DNA of 64,000 nt from Ignavibacteriaceae bacterium (GTDB lineage: Bacteria > Bacteroidota > Ignavibacteria > Ignavibacteriales > Ignavibacteriaceae), in the NCBI GenBank assembly GCA_041739035.1, contig JBGSOQ010000062.1, positions 44,775 to 108,774 on the forward strand, written 5' to 3'. This document shows positions 62,428-64,000 of this stretch, piece by piece (within the stretch, counting starts at the first letter, position 1; every line of letters starts with the position of its first letter). Made by a program: the position numbers and the translations under genes. The notes beneath the pieces were generated by a model. The model was not told the DNA's origin. It did not search any database and saw only the letters and a program-made list of their open reading frames with translations.

Positions 62428-63558
62428 ATGAAACAAAACAGAAAAGATTTTTTTAAAACCAGCGGAATTATTGCTGCGGGATCAATCGCAGCTTCCTTTC
62501 CAGGTTCTACATTCGCATCCAGCATTATCAAAACAAAGGGCTCTAAGATGAAACTCACTTTTAAACCTTATACACTTGAGTTAATACATGTCTTTACTGT
62601 TGCAGTAAATTCAAGAACAACCACTCCCGTTATGTTAACCGAAATTGAGTATGAAGGCATTAAAGGATTCGGCGAAGCTTCAATGCCGCCATATCTTGGT
62701 GAATCCCAGGAGACAGCCACAGCATTTTTATCTAAAGTAAATCTTGAACAGTTTAATGATCCATTTGAGATAGAAAAGATTTTAGATTATGTGGATTCTA
62801 TTGCTGAGAAAAATACCGCAGCCAAAGCGTCTGTTGATATTGCATTACATGATCTAGTTGGAAAATTAATGAATCAACCATGGTACAAAATATGGGGCTA
62901 CGATAAGACAACAACTCCATATACAACTTTTACCATTGGTATTGATACACCTGAAGTTGTTAGACAAAAAGTAAAAGAAGCTGAACAGTTTAAAGTGTTA
63001 AAAGTAAAACTCGGAAGAGATAACGATAAAGAAATGATCGAAACAATTCGATCAGTTTCAAATGTACCTTTAACTGTTGATGTTAATCAGGGCTGGAAAG
63101 ACAAACACTTTGCTCTTGATATGATTAACTGGCTCAATGAAAAAAATATTGAATTTGTTGAACAACCGATGCCAAAGGAACAAATTGATGATATTGCCTG
63201 GTTAACACAAAATTCTCCGCTTCCAATTATCGGCGACGAATCAATTCAAAGAATTCCCGATGTAATTAAAGCGCATGGAGTTTATTCGGGTATAAACATA
63301 AAACTTATGAAGTGCACAGGAATGCGTGAGGCGAACAAGATGTTAAGTCTTGCGCGTTCACTTGATATGAAAGTAATGATCGGCTGCATGACCGAAACAA
63401 GTTGTGCAATTTCTGCAGCATCTCAGCTTGCACCAATGATGGATTGGGCTGATCTTGATGGAGCTTTATTAATTAAAAACGATCCGTATGAAGGTATGCA
63501 AGTTGTTGAGGGAAAAGTTACGCTTACAGATTATCCTGGCATTGGTTTAAAGAGTTAA
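62428..63558 (+). CDS. Dipeptide epimerase of the enolase superfamily (L-Ala-D/L-Glu epimerase-like), with a Tat/Sec-like N-terminal extension
   Basis: MR/MLE-family motifs KVKLG, VDVNQGW, VEQP, IGDES, NIKLMKCTG, DLDG. N-terminus MKQNRKDFFKTSGIIAAGSIAASFPGSTFASS precedes the canonical core start MKLTFKPY. Alternative starts at 62407 and 62548. Confidence 0.85.
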   Translation: MKQNRKDFFKTSGIIAAGSIAASFPGSTFASSIIKTKGSKMKLTFKPYTLELIHVFTVAVNSRTTTPVMLTEIEYEGIKGFGEASMPPYLGESQETATAFLSKVNLEQFNDPFEIEKILDYVDSIAEKNTAAKASVDIALHDLVGKLMNQPWYKIWGYDKTTTPYTTFTIGIDTPEVVRQKVKEAEQFKVLKVKLGRDNDKEMIETIRSVSNVPLTVDVNQGWKDKHFALDMINWLNEKNIEFVEQPMPKEQIDDIAWLTQNSPLPIIGDESIQRIPDVIKAHGVYSGINIKLMKCTGMREANKMLSLARSLDMKVMIGCMTETSCAISAASQLAPMMDWADLDGALLIKNDPYEGMQVVEGKVTLTDYPGIGLKS

Positions 63559-63573
63559 GCTTTGTACAAATTT

Positions 63574-63632
63574 ACTTTGCGATCTTTGCGAGAAAGATTC
63601 TCTAAACACATTTCACGCAAAGTCCGCAAAGG
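63574..63632. repeat. REP-like inverted repeat (CTTTGCG x2 / CGCAAAG x2) between convergent genes; probable bidirectional terminator
   Basis: CTTTGCGATCTTTGCG (63575-63590) against CGCAAAGTCCGCAAAG (63616-63631) is complementary at 14 of 16 positions; flanking bases extend the arms to 63574 and 63632. 25-nt loop. Confidence 0.5.
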
Positions 63633-63657
63633 TTTCGCTAAGCTTGCAAAGATTAAA

Positions 63658-64000
63658 TCATTTAACTTCTAAATAATTTAAAACTGATTTCATTATTAAT
63701 GTTCTTTGCTTCTCACCCAATATGGTTTCAAACGGAAAACCAAAAGACACAACACCATAATTATCTTTATATCCAATTGCGGAACTAAAATTATTTTCAG
63801 AATATCGCAATAGAACTTCACTCCCATTTATTTCACCCAATTCATCAGGTGCTTCAACTTTATAAATTGAATCATTAAGAGTTGTATTAAATTCAAATCT
63901 ATTATTTATAGTAAGAAAAGTATTGTTGACAGAGAAAACTTTTCCTGTTTTAACAGCGTGCCCTGTTTTTAATTTGAATTTCAGAATATCATTTGCAAAA
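63658..64000 (-). CDS. C-terminal part of an unidentified protein (gene starts beyond the right window edge)
   Basis: The minus-strand frame stays open from 63999 to the stop at 63658: FANDILKFKLKTGHAVKTGKVFSVNN...ELGEINGSEVLLRYSENNFSSAIGYKDNYGVVSFGFPFETILGEKQRTLIMKSVLNYLEVK. The track lists only the last 60 aa, from a TTG. Confidence 0.55.
   Translation of the reverse strand, partial: FANDILKFKLKTGHAVKTGKVFSVNNTFLTINNRFEFNTTLNDSIYKVEAPDELGEINGSEVLLRYSENNFSSAIGYKDNYGVVSFGFPFETILGEKQRTLIMKSVLNYLEVK

Noticed and set aside
1-64000. Search for CRISPR arrays, rRNA/tRNA genes, IS elements, integrases, prophage or toxin-antitoxin/defence cassettes
   Set aside because: No regularly spaced direct repeats were found. 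No rRNA-like or tRNA-like conserved segments were found. No ORF has transposase (DDE), integrase (R..HxxR..Y), phage structural or known defence-system motifs. The HerA-like DUF853 ATPase has no partner nuclease, SIR2 or other effector gene next to it.

Overview
AT-rich chromosomal segment with 39 supported CDS. I found no rRNA, tRNA, CRISPR array, transposase, integrase or phage genes. The gene content points to a member of the FCB superphylum, most like Ignavibacteriota; this is inference from type IX secretion (T9SS) C-terminal sorting domains, a PorV/PorQ-like barrel, CarboxypepD_reg-type TonB receptors and GC-rich palindromic intergenic repeats. The window is dominated by secreted enzymes. 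Nine proteins end in a canonical T9SS sorting domain (NYPNPFNP...KKMILLK), one has a divergent tail, and one carries the domain internally. Main blocks, left to right: (1) a CBM-like T9SS protein and a Na+/solute symporter, separated by a cre/LacI-type palindrome. (2) Three LamG-containing T9SS proteins, two of them phosphoesterases, downstream of a propeller/Y_Y_Y sensor kinase and a NarL-type regulator. (3) A GH2 enzyme downstream of an orphan solute-binding protein, histidine kinase and sigma-54 activator operon. (4) A beta-glucan/laminarin locus (MFS, ROK kinase, 2x GH3, GH16, esterase, GH5) with no SusC/SusD. (5) A GH9 cellulase, then a nine-haem c-type cytochrome with a T9SS tail next to an outer-membrane barrel gene. 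(6) Envelope genes (DUF3078, MscS, DUF853 ATPase, M19 dipeptidase fusion, M23 peptidase). (7) A tight operon of TonB-dependent receptor, a 1143-aa Ca-binding T9SS-tailed protein and a PorV/PorQ-like barrel. (8) An FG-GAP T9SS protein. (9) A murQ / NagB-LmbE fusion / dipeptide epimerase amino-sugar and peptidoglycan salvage cluster. Several intergenic regions carry REP/MITE-like palindromes. The most unusual candidates are the TonB receptor-giant protein-PorV-like operon, the T9SS-tailed multihaem cytochrome, the SBP-kinase-sigma54 three-component module, and the dipeptidase with an internal sorting domain. All family assignments come from motif recognition by eye and need HMM or BLAST confirmation.
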